The notes below the pieces were generated by a model. That model had not been told where the DNA came from. It did no database searches and saw only the letters and a program-made list of their open reading frames with translations. This document shows positions 28,199 through 37,811 of a stretch of DNA of 64,000 bases, in pieces; the first letter of the stretch is position 1; the number at the start of each line of letters is the position of its first letter. The position numbers and the translations under genes are program-made. The stretch is from a virus: positions 42,482 through 106,481 of the IMG/VR virus record IMGVR_UViG_3300047509_000156; one strand, given 5' to 3'.

Positions 28199-29238
28199 TA
28201 TTTGACCCCCATCTGATCGTAGGCGTAGCGCGTGACGCGGCCCGTCTTGTGGCATTGCTTGCAGCCTTCTCCCCGGCAGAGAGGACAGGCACAGTGGCAC
28301 TTGGCCGAGCGCACTGTCTCACAGACCGACTTGAGTTTGTTGATGGCGCTCTTGCGGCGGTCCATGTCAAGGAGCCAGGGATCGTCCGGCATCGTCTCGG
28401 TGAACTTCATGAGTTGCCGGCACCACGACTCCAGTTTACTGTTGAGCCGCTTGATCTGTTGTTCGGTCGTTTCATCTTCGGGCGCTTCCGGCTCCTGGTT
28501 CAAGTCTTCATCAGTCTGCTCGGATAGCGTCTTGCTCTTTTTTTTGCCGCTGCCCTTGCCGAGATTGCGCTTCCTTGCCTTTTTACGCTTGTCTTCACAG
28601 GAGGCACAACCGACCACGACGCCGTTCTTCTTACACTGCGGGCAGAGGATCGGTTTCCCACCACCGGAAATCTGAGCAATCGTCTGCCCTGACTGGCCGT
28701 TGAGGATGACGGAACGGGCGCCATCGCCTTGCTCGGCAGCGGCAGCATCGACGCCGGCAGCGAACTGAGTGGCGTTCTTGACTGTGCGCTCAGAAACGCC
28801 GTGCTCTGAGGCCAGTTCTGCCGCCGTTTTATTTCCTCCCTGTTGGGGAGGAATCGGGCAAAATTTGCCCGATTCCTCCCCAACAGGTGCGCTATTGCTA
28901 CTGCGCGTAAGTTCTCTCTCCTTACCGAGATAGTACAATTTTTGCTCTGGAGTCGCGTTTCGCCTTCCGAACTGGTTTTGGATAATCCAGAGCAATGCCG
29001 CTTCGCGTGAAGGTAGCTCGATTTTCCTTGTAGGAATTTTGAGATGCTTTTCCTCTGCAATATCGAACCGCGTGTGCCCGTCGCCAAGAATCGGTTCGTC
29101 TTCTCCTGGCAGTTGAAGGAGGACAAGCGGGTCGATGTGCTGGCTCTTTTCGATCTCAGCTTCCAGGGTGCTGCGCTCCTCTTTGGTCAGGGCGGGGAGA
29201 TAGGACTTGAACTCCTGATCGATCTTGAAGGATTGCAT
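28198..29238 (-). CDS. ParB-like domain protein
   Basis: KID.EF...LP.LT.EE, DGHTR, NQFGRRN, HTH GVSERTV. Confidence 0.8.
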   Translation of the reverse strand: MQSFKIDQEFKSYLPALTKEERSTLEAEIEKSQHIDPLVLLQLPGEDEPILGDGHTRFDIAEEKHLKIPTRKIELPSREAALLWIIQNQFGRRNATPEQKLYYLGKERELTRSSNSAPVGEESGKFCPIPPQQGGNKTAAELASEHGVSERTVKNATQFAAGVDAAAAEQGDGARSVILNGQSGQTIAQISGGGKPILCPQCKKNGVVVGCASCEDKRKKARKRNLGKGSGKKKSKTLSEQTDEDLNQEPEAPEDETTEQQIKRLNSKLESWCRQLMKFTETMPDDPWLLDMDRRKSAINKLKSVCETVRSAKCHCACPLCRGEGCKQCHKTGRVTRYAYDQMGVK

Positions 29239-29279
29239 GTCTTGCCCTCGACTATATAAGCACGCTATCCTCCGGAAAA

Positions 29280-29396
29280 TCCCCTGGTCCGGCTGAAGAT
29301 GGCCGGGGAATAGCGTGTGGCTCAAGTTGTTCGGTTAGTGGCCCGGACCAGGGGTCACTGAGAAAGCAGTTTATCCAGAGGCGATGTATCCGTCAA
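29280..29396 (-). promoter_or_regulatory. Sigma70 promoter plus structured leader RNA, copy 1
   Basis: TTGACG-17-TAAACT, then CAGTGACCCCTGGTCCGGGCCACT... Confidence 0.65.
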
Positions 29397-29409
29397 CGAG
29401 AAAATCACG

Positions 29410-30396
29410 CTATTTCCCGGCCAGTGCAGGTACGCCAAGAATCTTTGTCTGCCAGGTTTCCCAGCACGTCATGAAGTGCGACAGATGATCGAGGCATGTG
29501 CGGTGTTCGAGGCTATTCTTCTCGTGCGGATAGGAGATAGTCAGTCCGTCTACCATGCCGACGAACTTGTCATACTCGGCCTTGACCGCCTTGAAATCGA
29601 ATAGGGGCTTGCCGTTGCGCTGGTGGCTTTCCTTATTGTCTTCAGGTTCGGAGTGGCCGTTCGTGGTGCCGTTGCGGGACGCCTTTCGCTTCTCGGCAGC
29701 GGCCTTCTTACGTGCTTCTTTGCACTTCTCGCAGTCCTTCACCTTGCCGACGCGCGTACATCGCTCGCAGTAGATCGTCGGTGTCTTGGTGGCGGACTGT
29801 GACCTGCCATCCCTGCCAGCGCGTGTCCTTGTGCCGCCTCCGGTGCCACGCTTTTTTCTGCCGCCGGGACCAGTATTTTTCTTTGAATCATCAGAATGTT
29901 CATCATCTTGTTCATGTTGAGTGGGAGAACTCCCACCTGACATCTCGGTGCGCTCTTTGCGCATCTCTCCAACAAGATGATTACTGACGCGGCATTGATC
30001 TGCGATCCATCGATCAGCCTTGCCGGACCACTCCGTATCGTCCAAAAGCGTGGCGACGGCGTTGCGGCGATCATCATAGGTTCGCCGCTTGCCGTGGGAG
30101 TCGTTGGCACCGCAGGCGTACAGGATCGCGTCCCTTACCGTTCCTTTCTTCACCGTGGCGTTGATTTTCTCCTTGCCGGCCCTCTTCGCGGCTGCCAGGC
30201 GAAAGTGCCCATCGGCGAGATATCGGCCTCCGTTGACGCCATCGCTCTCGAAAACGACGATGTCCGGCATGTCCTTGTCCATATTGGTGCGGTAGATTTC
30301 CGCGTACTCCTCGATGGTCGCCTCGTCCAGTTCGACGCGGATCTGCGTCCCCGCGTCGGTGATGATTGTGCTTACGTCAATAAATTCAGTTGCCAT
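29410..30396 (-). CDS. ParB-like domain protein
   Basis: GTQIR, LADGHFR..A, AN..HG..R...D.R.AV. Confidence 0.85.
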   Translation of the reverse strand: MATEFIDVSTIITDAGTQIRVELDEATIEEYAEIYRTNMDKDMPDIVVFESDGVNGGRYLADGHFRLAAAKRAGKEKINATVKKGTVRDAILYACGANDSHGKRRTYDDRRNAVATLLDDTEWSGKADRWIADQCRVSNHLVGEMRKERTEMSGGSSPTQHEQDDEHSDDSKKNTGPGGRKKRGTGGGTRTRAGRDGRSQSATKTPTIYCERCTRVGKVKDCEKCKEARKKAAAEKRKASRNGTTNGHSEPEDNKESHQRNGKPLFDFKAVKAEYDKFVGMVDGLTISYPHEKNSLEHRTCLDHLSHFMTCWETWQTKILGVPALAGK

Positions 30397-30419
30397 CCTG
30401 CCCTACGGAAAAAGGCGCG

Positions 30420-30549
30420 CCATCCCCGGAATTCACCTGGCTCGGCAAAAGAGTTGCCGGGGATCTGGTGCGTGGTTCGAGTTGATTCGGTAGTGGCCCG
30501 GTCCAGGTGTCACTGGTGCTGATCATAACCCTTGTTCGGTGGGAGTCAA
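30420..30549 (-). promoter_or_regulatory. Sigma70 promoter plus structured leader RNA, copy 2
   Basis: TTGACT-16-TATGAT, then CAGTGACACCTGGACCGGGCCACT... Confidence 0.65.
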
Positions 30550-30565
30550 GAAGATTTCTTCTCAT

Positions 30566-31825
30566 CGAATTGTCTCCAGGAAACCCCTAGCTTCAGCTAT
30601 GGGGAGGAATGGAGACGCCTTCGCCCCCATTCCCGACCTACCAACCTTGTTTCGGACGTTTTTCTTCCGTACAATAGGAGCATGAAACTGACCATTCAAC
30701 TCCAGTTGCTCCCGACACCCGAGCAAGCGGCCCTCTTGCTCGACACGATGGAGCGCGTCAACGAAGCCGCCACCTTCGCCGCCAGGCAGGGATTCGAGGC
30801 TGGAGTCTTTTCCCAACCCTCGATTCACAAACTGGCGTATCGCTCCATCAGGGATCGCTTCGGCCTGTCCGCCCAATTGGCCGTCCGCGCTATCGGCAAG
30901 GCGGTTGAGACGTTCCATCGCGACAAGACCATTTGCCCCGTCTTCAGGCCGCATGGGGCCATCACCTACGATCAGCGGAACCTGTCGTTCAAGGGACTCG
31001 ACAAGGTGAGCCTGGCAACGCTCACCGGCCGCGAGGTTGTCGCGCTGGTCTACGGCGAGTATCAGGCGGAGCGCTTTGACCGGATCAAGGGCCAGTGTGA
31101 TCTCGTCTACCGTGACGGCAAGTTTTTCCTGATGGCCACGGTGGAGTTGCCCGAGCCGCCGCCCGGCGAAGTCAAGGAGTTCCTGGGGATCGACCTTGGC
31201 ATCGTCAACATCGCCACCACGAGCGAGGGCGAGACGTTCAGCGGCGCGAACATCGACCGCAACCGCAAGCGCCGGGCCACCGCCCGCAAGCAGTATCAGC
31301 GAAAGGGGACGAAGAGCGCGAAGCGCAGATTGAAACGACTCGCGAAGTGCCAGGGGCGCTTTCAGAGGCATACCAACCACGAGATCAGTAAGCGACTCGT
31401 GGCAACGGCCAAGGCACTCGGTCTGGGGATCGCGATGGAGGACCTCACCCACATTCGCGGCAGAATCGAGCCAACAGTTTCGCGCCGGTTTCGACGAAGA
31501 TTCGGCAACTGGAGTTTCTCTCAACTCCGGGAATTTGTGAAGTATAAGGCATGTCTGGCAGGCGTACCGTTCGTGCTGGTGGACCCGCGCAACACCAGTC
31601 GGACTTGCTCGCAATGCGGATACTGCGACAAGGCCAACCGCAAGACTCAGGCTGAGTTCGTCTGCCTGCATTGCTCGTACTCCGCGAATGCCGACCGAAA
31701 CGCCGCCGAGAACATCTCTCGGCTTGGGCAAACCAGTAGACTTGCCCCAAAAGTAGCAGTCCTTGCGTCTTCTCTCAACGAAGGCTAGCTGCAAAGCCCC
31801 CGGCTTTAGCCGTGGGGATGTTTAC
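30566..31825 (+). mobile_element. Non-autonomous IS200/IS605-family element (tnpB only)
   Basis: Left hairpin CCCCTAGCTTCAGCTATGGGG and right hairpin CCCCGGCTTTAGCCGTGGGG; ends inferred as TCAT| and TTAC|. Confidence 0.85.
30682..31788 (+). CDS. tnpB: TnpB RNA-guided endonuclease
   Basis: RuvC GIDLG / MEDL / NADRNAA with D-E-D intact; Zn finger CSQC..CLHC. Confidence 0.95.
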   Translation: MKLTIQLQLLPTPEQAALLLDTMERVNEAATFAARQGFEAGVFSQPSIHKLAYRSIRDRFGLSAQLAVRAIGKAVETFHRDKTICPVFRPHGAITYDQRNLSFKGLDKVSLATLTGREVVALVYGEYQAERFDRIKGQCDLVYRDGKFFLMATVELPEPPPGEVKEFLGIDLGIVNIATTSEGETFSGANIDRNRKRRATARKQYQRKGTKSAKRRLKRLAKCQGRFQRHTNHEISKRLVATAKALGLGIAMEDLTHIRGRIEPTVSRRFRRRFGNWSFSQLREFVKYKACLAGVPFVLVDPRNTSRTCSQCGYCDKANRKTQAEFVCLHCSYSANADRNAAENISRLGQTSRLAPKVAVLASSLNEG

Positions 31826-32157
31826 CCACTCTCTTCCTCCCTCCTCTGTTCCTTCGTCTGCCGCTGGAGTCGCTTCACCTCTGCCTCCAGTACCTCGGGC
31901 GTCTGCTTCTCGCGGGCGGCGACGATGGCCCACAGTTGCTCGATGTGGACCTCGCCATTATGGATCAGGCGATGACACTGGCAGGCCCAGTCGGCGCCTA
32001 ACGCCATGAGGTTCCAGGGGTGGTCAATTCGCATCGCCCCGCCAGCGCCACGGCCCCTAACATGGTGCGGTTCGCGTTTCTTGCAGAAACGACGGCACAG
32101 CTCGCAAAATCCAGGCGTGCGAAAAAGTTCGAGCGTTGGCTCATCGATCAGTTTCAT
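31822..32157 (-). CDS. Small HNH-like protein
   Basis: CELC...HH...N..L...C.CH...H. Confidence 0.7.
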   Translation of the reverse strand: MKLIDEPTLELFRTPGFCELCRRFCKKREPHHVRGRGAGGAMRIDHPWNLMALGADWACQCHRLIHNGEVHIEQLWAIVAAREKQTPEVLEAEVKRLQRQTKEQRREEESG

Positions 32158-32357
32158 GCCTTTGCCTTGGCCCGCGCCAGCAGTTCGTTCTCCAGTGCCC
32201 GCTGTGCCTGGATGATACAGGTGTAAGCCTTGCACAGATTGCAGGTGCAGTCGGTGGCGTGCTTTTCAGTACCGATCCGCTTATCTTCGTGTATCCAGCC
32301 GCTCGCTGACTGGAGACACTCCCTGGCGTCATTAAGAGTAATGGCAGTAATCTTCAC
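32154..32357 (-). CDS. Hypothetical protein
   Basis: Coupled ORF. Confidence 0.5.
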   Translation of the reverse strand: MKITAITLNDARECLQSASGWIHEDKRIGTEKHATDCTCNLCKAYTCIIQAQRALENELLARAKAKA

Positions 32358-32359
32358 GC

Positions 32360-33001
32360 TTATCCCCCATACGTCTTGTTCGTCTCGTTAAAGACCCAAC
32401 CCTGGTTGGCGGCGTACTCGTTGATCATCTTCCAGACGATCTTCTTATCTTCCTTGGCCATGCCGGATAGCTGCTCCAGCTTGTCGTTGAAGTCGTCGCG
32501 CTTCGGTCCCAGGTGCAGATACTGCTCCCAATCGCGTACAGTTTGGCTGCGCGGGCAGGCCCAGTCCGGCAATGCTGGTTTTTTGACGAACTGGCGTTTC
32601 TGCGTGTCGTAGTCGCACCATTGCTTGGGCAGGTCGTACAAGTACCTGCCGATTCCCCACTTAACAGCCGTTCGCTTGATCGCGTCGGATACCGCTGCCT
32701 TCATCTTGTCGCCGCTATCTGGCTGTTCGCTTGGTCCGCCAACGTCCTGCTTGGGAATCCACTCGTCGCCGATCCGCAATGACAGGATACACTGTACGTT
32801 GCCATCGGAAAGAGCGGCGTACTCGTCCTTCCAGCCGTCGATCCCCATAACTTCGTCAAGTCTCTCCATGACGCATCTCGCGTCGATGTACGCGATGGCG
32901 AGGGCGCGGTTGCCGCTGACAGCCTGCGGCTTGAACGACACCTCGTCGATGGCGAACGGTTCTCGCAATTGACGAGCGATTAAGTCCGTTGGCTTGCTCA
33001 T
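32360..33001 (-). CDS. Rad52/Sak-like single-strand annealing protein
   Basis: AYIDAR.VMERLD, K.A.SDA.KR.AVKWGIGRYLY. Confidence 0.92.
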   Translation of the reverse strand: MSKPTDLIARQLREPFAIDEVSFKPQAVSGNRALAIAYIDARCVMERLDEVMGIDGWKDEYAALSDGNVQCILSLRIGDEWIPKQDVGGPSEQPDSGDKMKAAVSDAIKRTAVKWGIGRYLYDLPKQWCDYDTQKRQFVKKPALPDWACPRSQTVRDWEQYLHLGPKRDDFNDKLEQLSGMAKEDKKIVWKMINEYAANQGWVFNETNKTYGG

Positions 33002-33501
33002 GTCTTCTCCTTATTTGGCAAAGGTAATTGTTTCTTCGCTTGCTCTGTCTCGATACGCAGGGCGGCTTGCTCTAGGGCGTCCAGAACTTCAGGCGGAACT
33101 TCGCCCGACCGATCCCATCCATGATTGGCGGTAAAGGTCCATCGTGGCAGGGTGAGTGCATCAACCTCTAGGCTGCGACTGGTTAGCGCCATGTTCCACG
33201 ATGGGCATTCAATCGTTATGAACGTATCAGTGGTATGCTCGCCCTTGTACTTGTGGACCTTGACCGCGCTCGACCGGCATTTTCTATAGCGCCGGAAGAA
33301 CTCGCTCGGGTTCACCCTGCCGTCCAGCAGCAAGCCGCGCATTCGCTCTGACACGAGCGCCTGCCGCCGCCGCTTGACCGCCTCGCTCAACTTGCCGTCC
33401 TCCTCAAAGAGATCGGCCAGCGCCAGACAGTAGAGCGGATCGGGCAGTTCTCCCTGAACCAGTATCGTCAGCCGGACGTAGAGGTCGCCGCGTTCGCTCA
33501 T
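32998..33501 (-). CDS. TIGR02996-like protein
   Basis: PDPLYCLALADLFEEDG; own promoter at 33522-33547. Confidence 0.65.
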   Translation of the reverse strand: MSERGDLYVRLTILVQGELPDPLYCLALADLFEEDGKLSEAVKRRRQALVSERMRGLLLDGRVNPSEFFRRYRKCRSSAVKVHKYKGEHTTDTFITIECPSWNMALTSRSLEVDALTLPRWTFTANHGWDRSGEVPPEVLDALEQAALRIETEQAKKQLPLPNKEKT

Positions 33502-33607
33502 GATTCCTCCTTCGCCCTAATATACGCATCTTTCTCCTCGTTGTGACAGGTTAGTTGCGGAATTCTTCGTCTTGCCACGTTCTCCGGCGTGTGATAGTCT
33601 CTTCCTT

Positions 33608-33856
33608 GTGAACGACGAGAAACCAGTTACCGACGAGTTTCTGCGGAAGCGTCTGGCTGCCCTCGTGCAGACATACGCGGGCGAGTACAACCGTGGCATC
33701 TCGGCCTTCGCCCGCGAGCATGGATTCCAGCCCAGTTTCATCAACGAGGTCCTTTCCGCGAAAAAACCTGTCTCCGAACGTCTGGCGCGTCTCGTCGGCT
33801 ATGTCAGAGAATCGAAGTGGGTCCGAATCAACGAGAAGAAAGAGGAAACACCGTGA
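33608..33856 (+). CDS. Cro/XRE-like HTH regulator
   Basis: SAFAREHGFQPSFINEVL; divergent from the replication block. Confidence 0.65.
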   Translation: MNDEKPVTDEFLRKRLAALVQTYAGEYNRGISAFAREHGFQPSFINEVLSAKKPVSERLARLVGYVRESKWVRINEKKEETP

Positions 33857-35136
33857 CCTGTACCATCAAGTCTCACCGTCTCATCCATCCATCCTTGCCG
33901 CTACCGGTGCCGCGATCACTGCCGGCAGTTGCCGCTGGAGGCATCCAGTGGCCATCCTTCACCGGGCAGGCGACGTTGGTGGGCACGTCTGCTGACGGTG
34001 GGACTACCGTCTACTACGACAGCAGCCTCGGTGCCGCTGGTCTGGCAAATGCGCAGGCGTTGGTGAGCGATGCGGCTCGCATCAACGCTCTCGATGATGG
34101 GTTCTTCGGCGTGAAGGGCGGACCAACAAACGTCATCATCTTCGCGCTGGGCGGCGCCACGGATGGAACTGGCGGCGCTGACCATGCTTCCTGTTCCTTT
34201 TCCACGGGTGCGAACATCGAGGTGTGTGCCGCGTTCGGTAAGGACGCGCGCTGCTCCGCACTGTACGAGGCAGAGCGCAGCGAGTGCCAGATGCGGAACA
34301 ACCTCTGTGGACTGTCCACGGGAGAGGCCCTGTCCCGTCTCTGTGCCGAGTACGGTATCTTTCCTTCTGGCCCCAATCCGCTCGCAGATTTTGCCAGTAC
34401 GCCGAGTTGGGTACAGGCTGGCTATCCCAACTGGGTGGATAAGACCCAGCCCAGCGACGGCGACTATCCGAGCATCGGTGCCGGAATGGCCTTCCTCTCA
34501 TGGCTGCGGGCGCAGAAGTTCACTATTGCCCAGATCGCGCAGGCGATGGTGTCTCTGGGAGATTCCGGCACGCTGTCGCAGCTTTACAGCAAACTCACCG
34601 GACACGTCGGCAGTCCCTGGAGCACCTTCCTCGCTGCTGCCAAGGCGCTGCCGGCAATCAAGGACGACGACCCATTCGCTGGGGCGACACCTCTTCCGGG
34701 TGGCAACACCGGCACGCTTACCGTCGGTACCGCCTTGCCCGCCGGCACGCTGCCGGTGAACGGTAACGCTGCCGCCCTGTCCATACCGCAAGGGCTGGCG
34801 ACGGGCACCTATCCTGTTGGCGGTACGGCTACGCCACCTCCGGGTGGACCAACTCTTGCCGCCGCCCAGAAGGCCGCCGCTGGTGCTGTGGACGCCTACG
34901 CGGCACATTACCCGCGATATTTTCGCCCCTACATCACCAATTGTGAACCAGGAGTCAAGGCAGCGCTGGCACAACTGTGGTCCAGCCCGCAGACCAGTTT
35001 CTCCCTGTCGCCACCCGCCGCACTGGCTCTGCCGGGATGGGCGAGTTATCTCGAACAGATCCTCCTGAAGTACGGCGAGCAGGCCCTGGAGCAGATCCTT
35101 CAGGATATCCTCGCTGGCAAGGTTCCGAAACCGTGA
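33853..35136 (+). CDS. Hypothetical protein, possibly a metallopeptidase-like or envelope-acting enzyme
   Basis: GADH, AERSEC, GEALSR motifs and a P/T/A-rich linker; function not established. Confidence 0.5.
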   Translation: MTCTIKSHRLIHPSLPLPVPRSLPAVAAGGIQWPSFTGQATLVGTSADGGTTVYYDSSLGAAGLANAQALVSDAARINALDDGFFGVKGGPTNVIIFALGGATDGTGGADHASCSFSTGANIEVCAAFGKDARCSALYEAERSECQMRNNLCGLSTGEALSRLCAEYGIFPSGPNPLADFASTPSWVQAGYPNWVDKTQPSDGDYPSIGAGMAFLSWLRAQKFTIAQIAQAMVSLGDSGTLSQLYSKLTGHVGSPWSTFLAAAKALPAIKDDDPFAGATPLPGGNTGTLTVGTALPAGTLPVNGNAAALSIPQGLATGTYPVGGTATPPPGGPTLAAAQKAAAGAVDAYAAHYPRYFRPYITNCEPGVKAALAQLWSSPQTSFSLSPPAALALPGWASYLEQILLKYGEQALEQILQDILAGKVPKP

Positions 35137-35241
35137 TCACTGGAGTGAAGAGATGAACCGCGACCTTGTTGGTTTGTGTGAGGCGATCCTTGCCGGCGAT
35201 CTGACGGCTATTACATCCCGCACCCCGACGAGGCCAAAAGA

Positions 35242-36822
35242 GTGCGATCGTACCTGCTGATCACTCTGATCCTCCTCTTCGCCTCCTTTCTCCCTGCCGT
35301 CGATGCGGTGCCACAGCCAAGTCTACAACTGGCTGTGGCACTTGCTAAACTGGACGCCTCGCGCCTTCCTGAGAAGGTCCGCCTCACCTGCCGCTACTAC
35401 TACACGGAGAAACAGGGTAAGGACCTCGAAGAGATCCGCGTCGCGGCACGCTACCACTTCAACCTGCACAGCCACGTCAAGGAACCTGTCGATGTAGTCG
35501 AGATCACCCCCTGGTTGTGGCGCTTCGACTGGGCTGATGCACGCAGAAGGGGCGATCTTCAGATTCTGGCAACCCTGGAGACGGCGGCGACGCTCGATCA
35601 CTTCTTCCACGAACACACACCCACGAAGGTTGATGTGGTCGTTAATACCCTCTGGCCTGGAGGGGTCTTTGCCGGCGACGGAAAGTTCTACGAACGCGGA
35701 GAATCGCCTGTCAGGGTCCGCGCTGGCGGCATCGTCCATACGAGCGCTGCCTGGCCCCCTCTGAGTGATATCAAGGAACTGCGAGAGTTGCTCCAAAGCG
35801 AGGTGCCGATACTTCACTTCGGCTGGTTCATGGCGCAGACTTCCCGCCAGCGTCCCTACGGCCGCGCCAAACAGAACGGTCTAGGTTACTACAACCTCCA
35901 CGGATTAAAATCCAGGGACGATTATTTTAAGTTGATCAAACTGAATATAAAGGACTCCGAGGATATCGACGAGCATATCCGTGCTGCTCTGGAGAAGTCG
36001 GGCATCAACCCCAACGATGGGGCACGACAGATCGCTCGCTTCCAGGCGCTGACGGGCGGATCGTGGGGCACCTTCGACACGGACGACACGAGCAATGGCA
36101 ACAACGCCCTGGACAAGCCAGTCGTCGGCACTTTCAAGCACAACGCTGAGGAATGGTTTTCCCACCTGCCCAACAAGACACCCGTCACTCTGGCCTGTAA
36201 CGACAAGGGGGTGTTGCAGGAGTTCGCACCAACGGACAGTCACGGTTTCAACGACAGTTCGACTCTCAACGCCAGCCAGGACCCCCGCGTCCACGTCAAC
36301 CTGGCCTGCCTCCGCTGTCACTCGGCAGATATTTTGCAACCTATTCGCGATAGTTTTCGTGAGTCCTTCAAAGCGGGCGATTGGTTAGGATTAAGCGCCT
36401 ACAAGGATAGCGTGCGACGAGAACTAACTAGGCAATACCTCGGGAAAATCAACCCGCAAATAGAAGCAGACAATGCTGTTTATGCCGAGGGCATAAGACA
36501 GGCATCGATTACTTCTGCTTACCCGAAAGGATTGACCGTTACGCGCGCGGCTGCGTTGTACGCGCGAAGTTTTCACAATTACGTCGATACGCCTGTTACT
36601 CTTGAGCGTGCCGCAGCCGAACTGGGTTGCGCTCCGGTTGAGTTCCTTGATTCCTTGCGGTTCGCAGCGTCGCCACCTCCTGGCACTGTCGCTATTATTG
36701 ACCTGCCTTTGAGCAGGTTCCTCACGAGAAAGCCGCTGACAATTGGCAGACAGACGTGGGAAGGCCGCTTCGCAGCAGCAAACCAGGCGCTTGCGACTTG
36801 GAGGCTGTCGAGGAAGAGGTAG
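35242..36822 (+). CDS. Secreted planctomycete-type protein with a heme-c motif
   Basis: Signal peptide; CLRCH. Confidence 0.7.
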   Translation: MRSYLLITLILLFASFLPAVDAVPQPSLQLAVALAKLDASRLPEKVRLTCRYYYTEKQGKDLEEIRVAARYHFNLHSHVKEPVDVVEITPWLWRFDWADARRRGDLQILATLETAATLDHFFHEHTPTKVDVVVNTLWPGGVFAGDGKFYERGESPVRVRAGGIVHTSAAWPPLSDIKELRELLQSEVPILHFGWFMAQTSRQRPYGRAKQNGLGYYNLHGLKSRDDYFKLIKLNIKDSEDIDEHIRAALEKSGINPNDGARQIARFQALTGGSWGTFDTDDTSNGNNALDKPVVGTFKHNAEEWFSHLPNKTPVTLACNDKGVLQEFAPTDSHGFNDSSTLNASQDPRVHVNLACLRCHSADILQPIRDSFRESFKAGDWLGLSAYKDSVRRELTRQYLGKINPQIEADNAVYAEGIRQASITSAYPKGLTVTRAAALYARSFHNYVDTPVTLERAAAELGCAPVEFLDSLRFAASPPPGTVAIIDLPLSRFLTRKPLTIGRQTWEGRFAAANQALATWRLSRKR

Positions 36823-37044
36823 AATAGAACCATGGTACTCCTCGGTGGCAGGCGCCTACGCGGCTGCGAACAACGACTACAATCTCGGCTTGTGGGATGC
36901 CTGTTACAACACCTGCGGAGAGGGAGACGCCGCCGACGCCAAGTTCACCGCTTGCTCGAAGGACTTCTCGCTCCAGGTAGGCATCATCATCGACACGCTG
37001 GGTTACATCGACGACATCCTGGCCAACTACTGAAAAGGTGACGC

Positions 37045-37758
37045 ATGGTTCGCTATCTCGCTTTTGCCTCCCTGTCCGTGCTTCTCTGGCCTCTGCCACT
37101 GCTGGCTACCTGTCGCGCCCGCCGCGTCGTGGCGGTCAAGGAAGTGGTCGTCGTGAAGAAGAAGGTCGTTCCGGCAATCGTTTTGACGCCTCTGGCTGCC
37201 TACGTCCCAGGCTACCTCGTCGTCGGCAGCGTCTACACCGGCCCGGCTCCCGGTGTCTACGCACCGACTCCTGCACCTGTTCCTGTACCAACGCCAGCGG
37301 CCACGCCGGTACCGCGAACGACTACCAGTACGGAAACCAGTACGACAACCACGGTCTTCACCGAGGCACAAAAGGCGTGGCTGAGGAAGGAGATCCGCGC
37401 CGCCGTGGGCGATGCTGTCGGCAAGCCTTCGGTGAGGGAAGTTACTCCTGGTGCCACTGCCACTCCAGCGACACCAAAAGAGGAATCGCGGACGACGGAC
37501 GCGCCGGCTATATTCGCCAAGAATTGTGCAAAATGCCATACCGCTGGTCCCAGCCTGAACGCCAAGACGAGTTTCGAGATGTTCTCGGCGGACGGCAAGA
37601 TGAAGGATCTACCCGACAAGCAGTGGGCCAAGGTGGGGGCACGAGTCGCACTGGCGGAAATGCCGCCGCCGATCAAGGATGCTGCCGGTAAGGAATCTCC
37701 GGCGATGTCAGACGAGGACGCCGCCATCGTGGCGAACTACATCAAGAACCGCAAGTAA
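37045..37758 (+). CDS. Secreted c-type cytochrome domain protein
   Basis: Signal peptide; CAKCH and distal EMPP ligand motif. Confidence 0.8.
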   Translation: MVRYLAFASLSVLLWPLPLLATCRARRVVAVKEVVVVKKKVVPAIVLTPLAAYVPGYLVVGSVYTGPAPGVYAPTPAPVPVPTPAATPVPRTTTSTETSTTTTVFTEAQKAWLRKEIRAAVGDAVGKPSVREVTPGATATPATPKEESRTTDAPAIFAKNCAKCHTAGPSLNAKTSFEMFSADGKMKDLPDKQWAKVGARVALAEMPPPIKDAAGKESPAMSDEDAAIVANYIKNRK

Positions 37759-37811
37759 CGCCAGTTACCGCGTTACAATAGATACTGGGGAATCCAACAG
37801 AGGAGAGAATC

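Noticed and set aside
30470-30485. GGTTCGAG as a tRNA T-loop
   Set aside because: No cloverleaf; part of the leader element transcribed from the other strand
31305-31337. AGATTGAAAC within tnpB
   Set aside because: Ordinary coding sequence with no repeat-like stem
30682-31788. TnpB as a nuclease-dead TldR or a Cas12 partner of the repeats
   Set aside because: Catalytic D-E-D is intact, both IS ends are present and no repeat is adjacent
35153-35260. MNRDLVGLCEAILAGD.. as a ninth TIGR02996-like gene
   Set aside because: Lacks the AD.LEE core; at most a remnant
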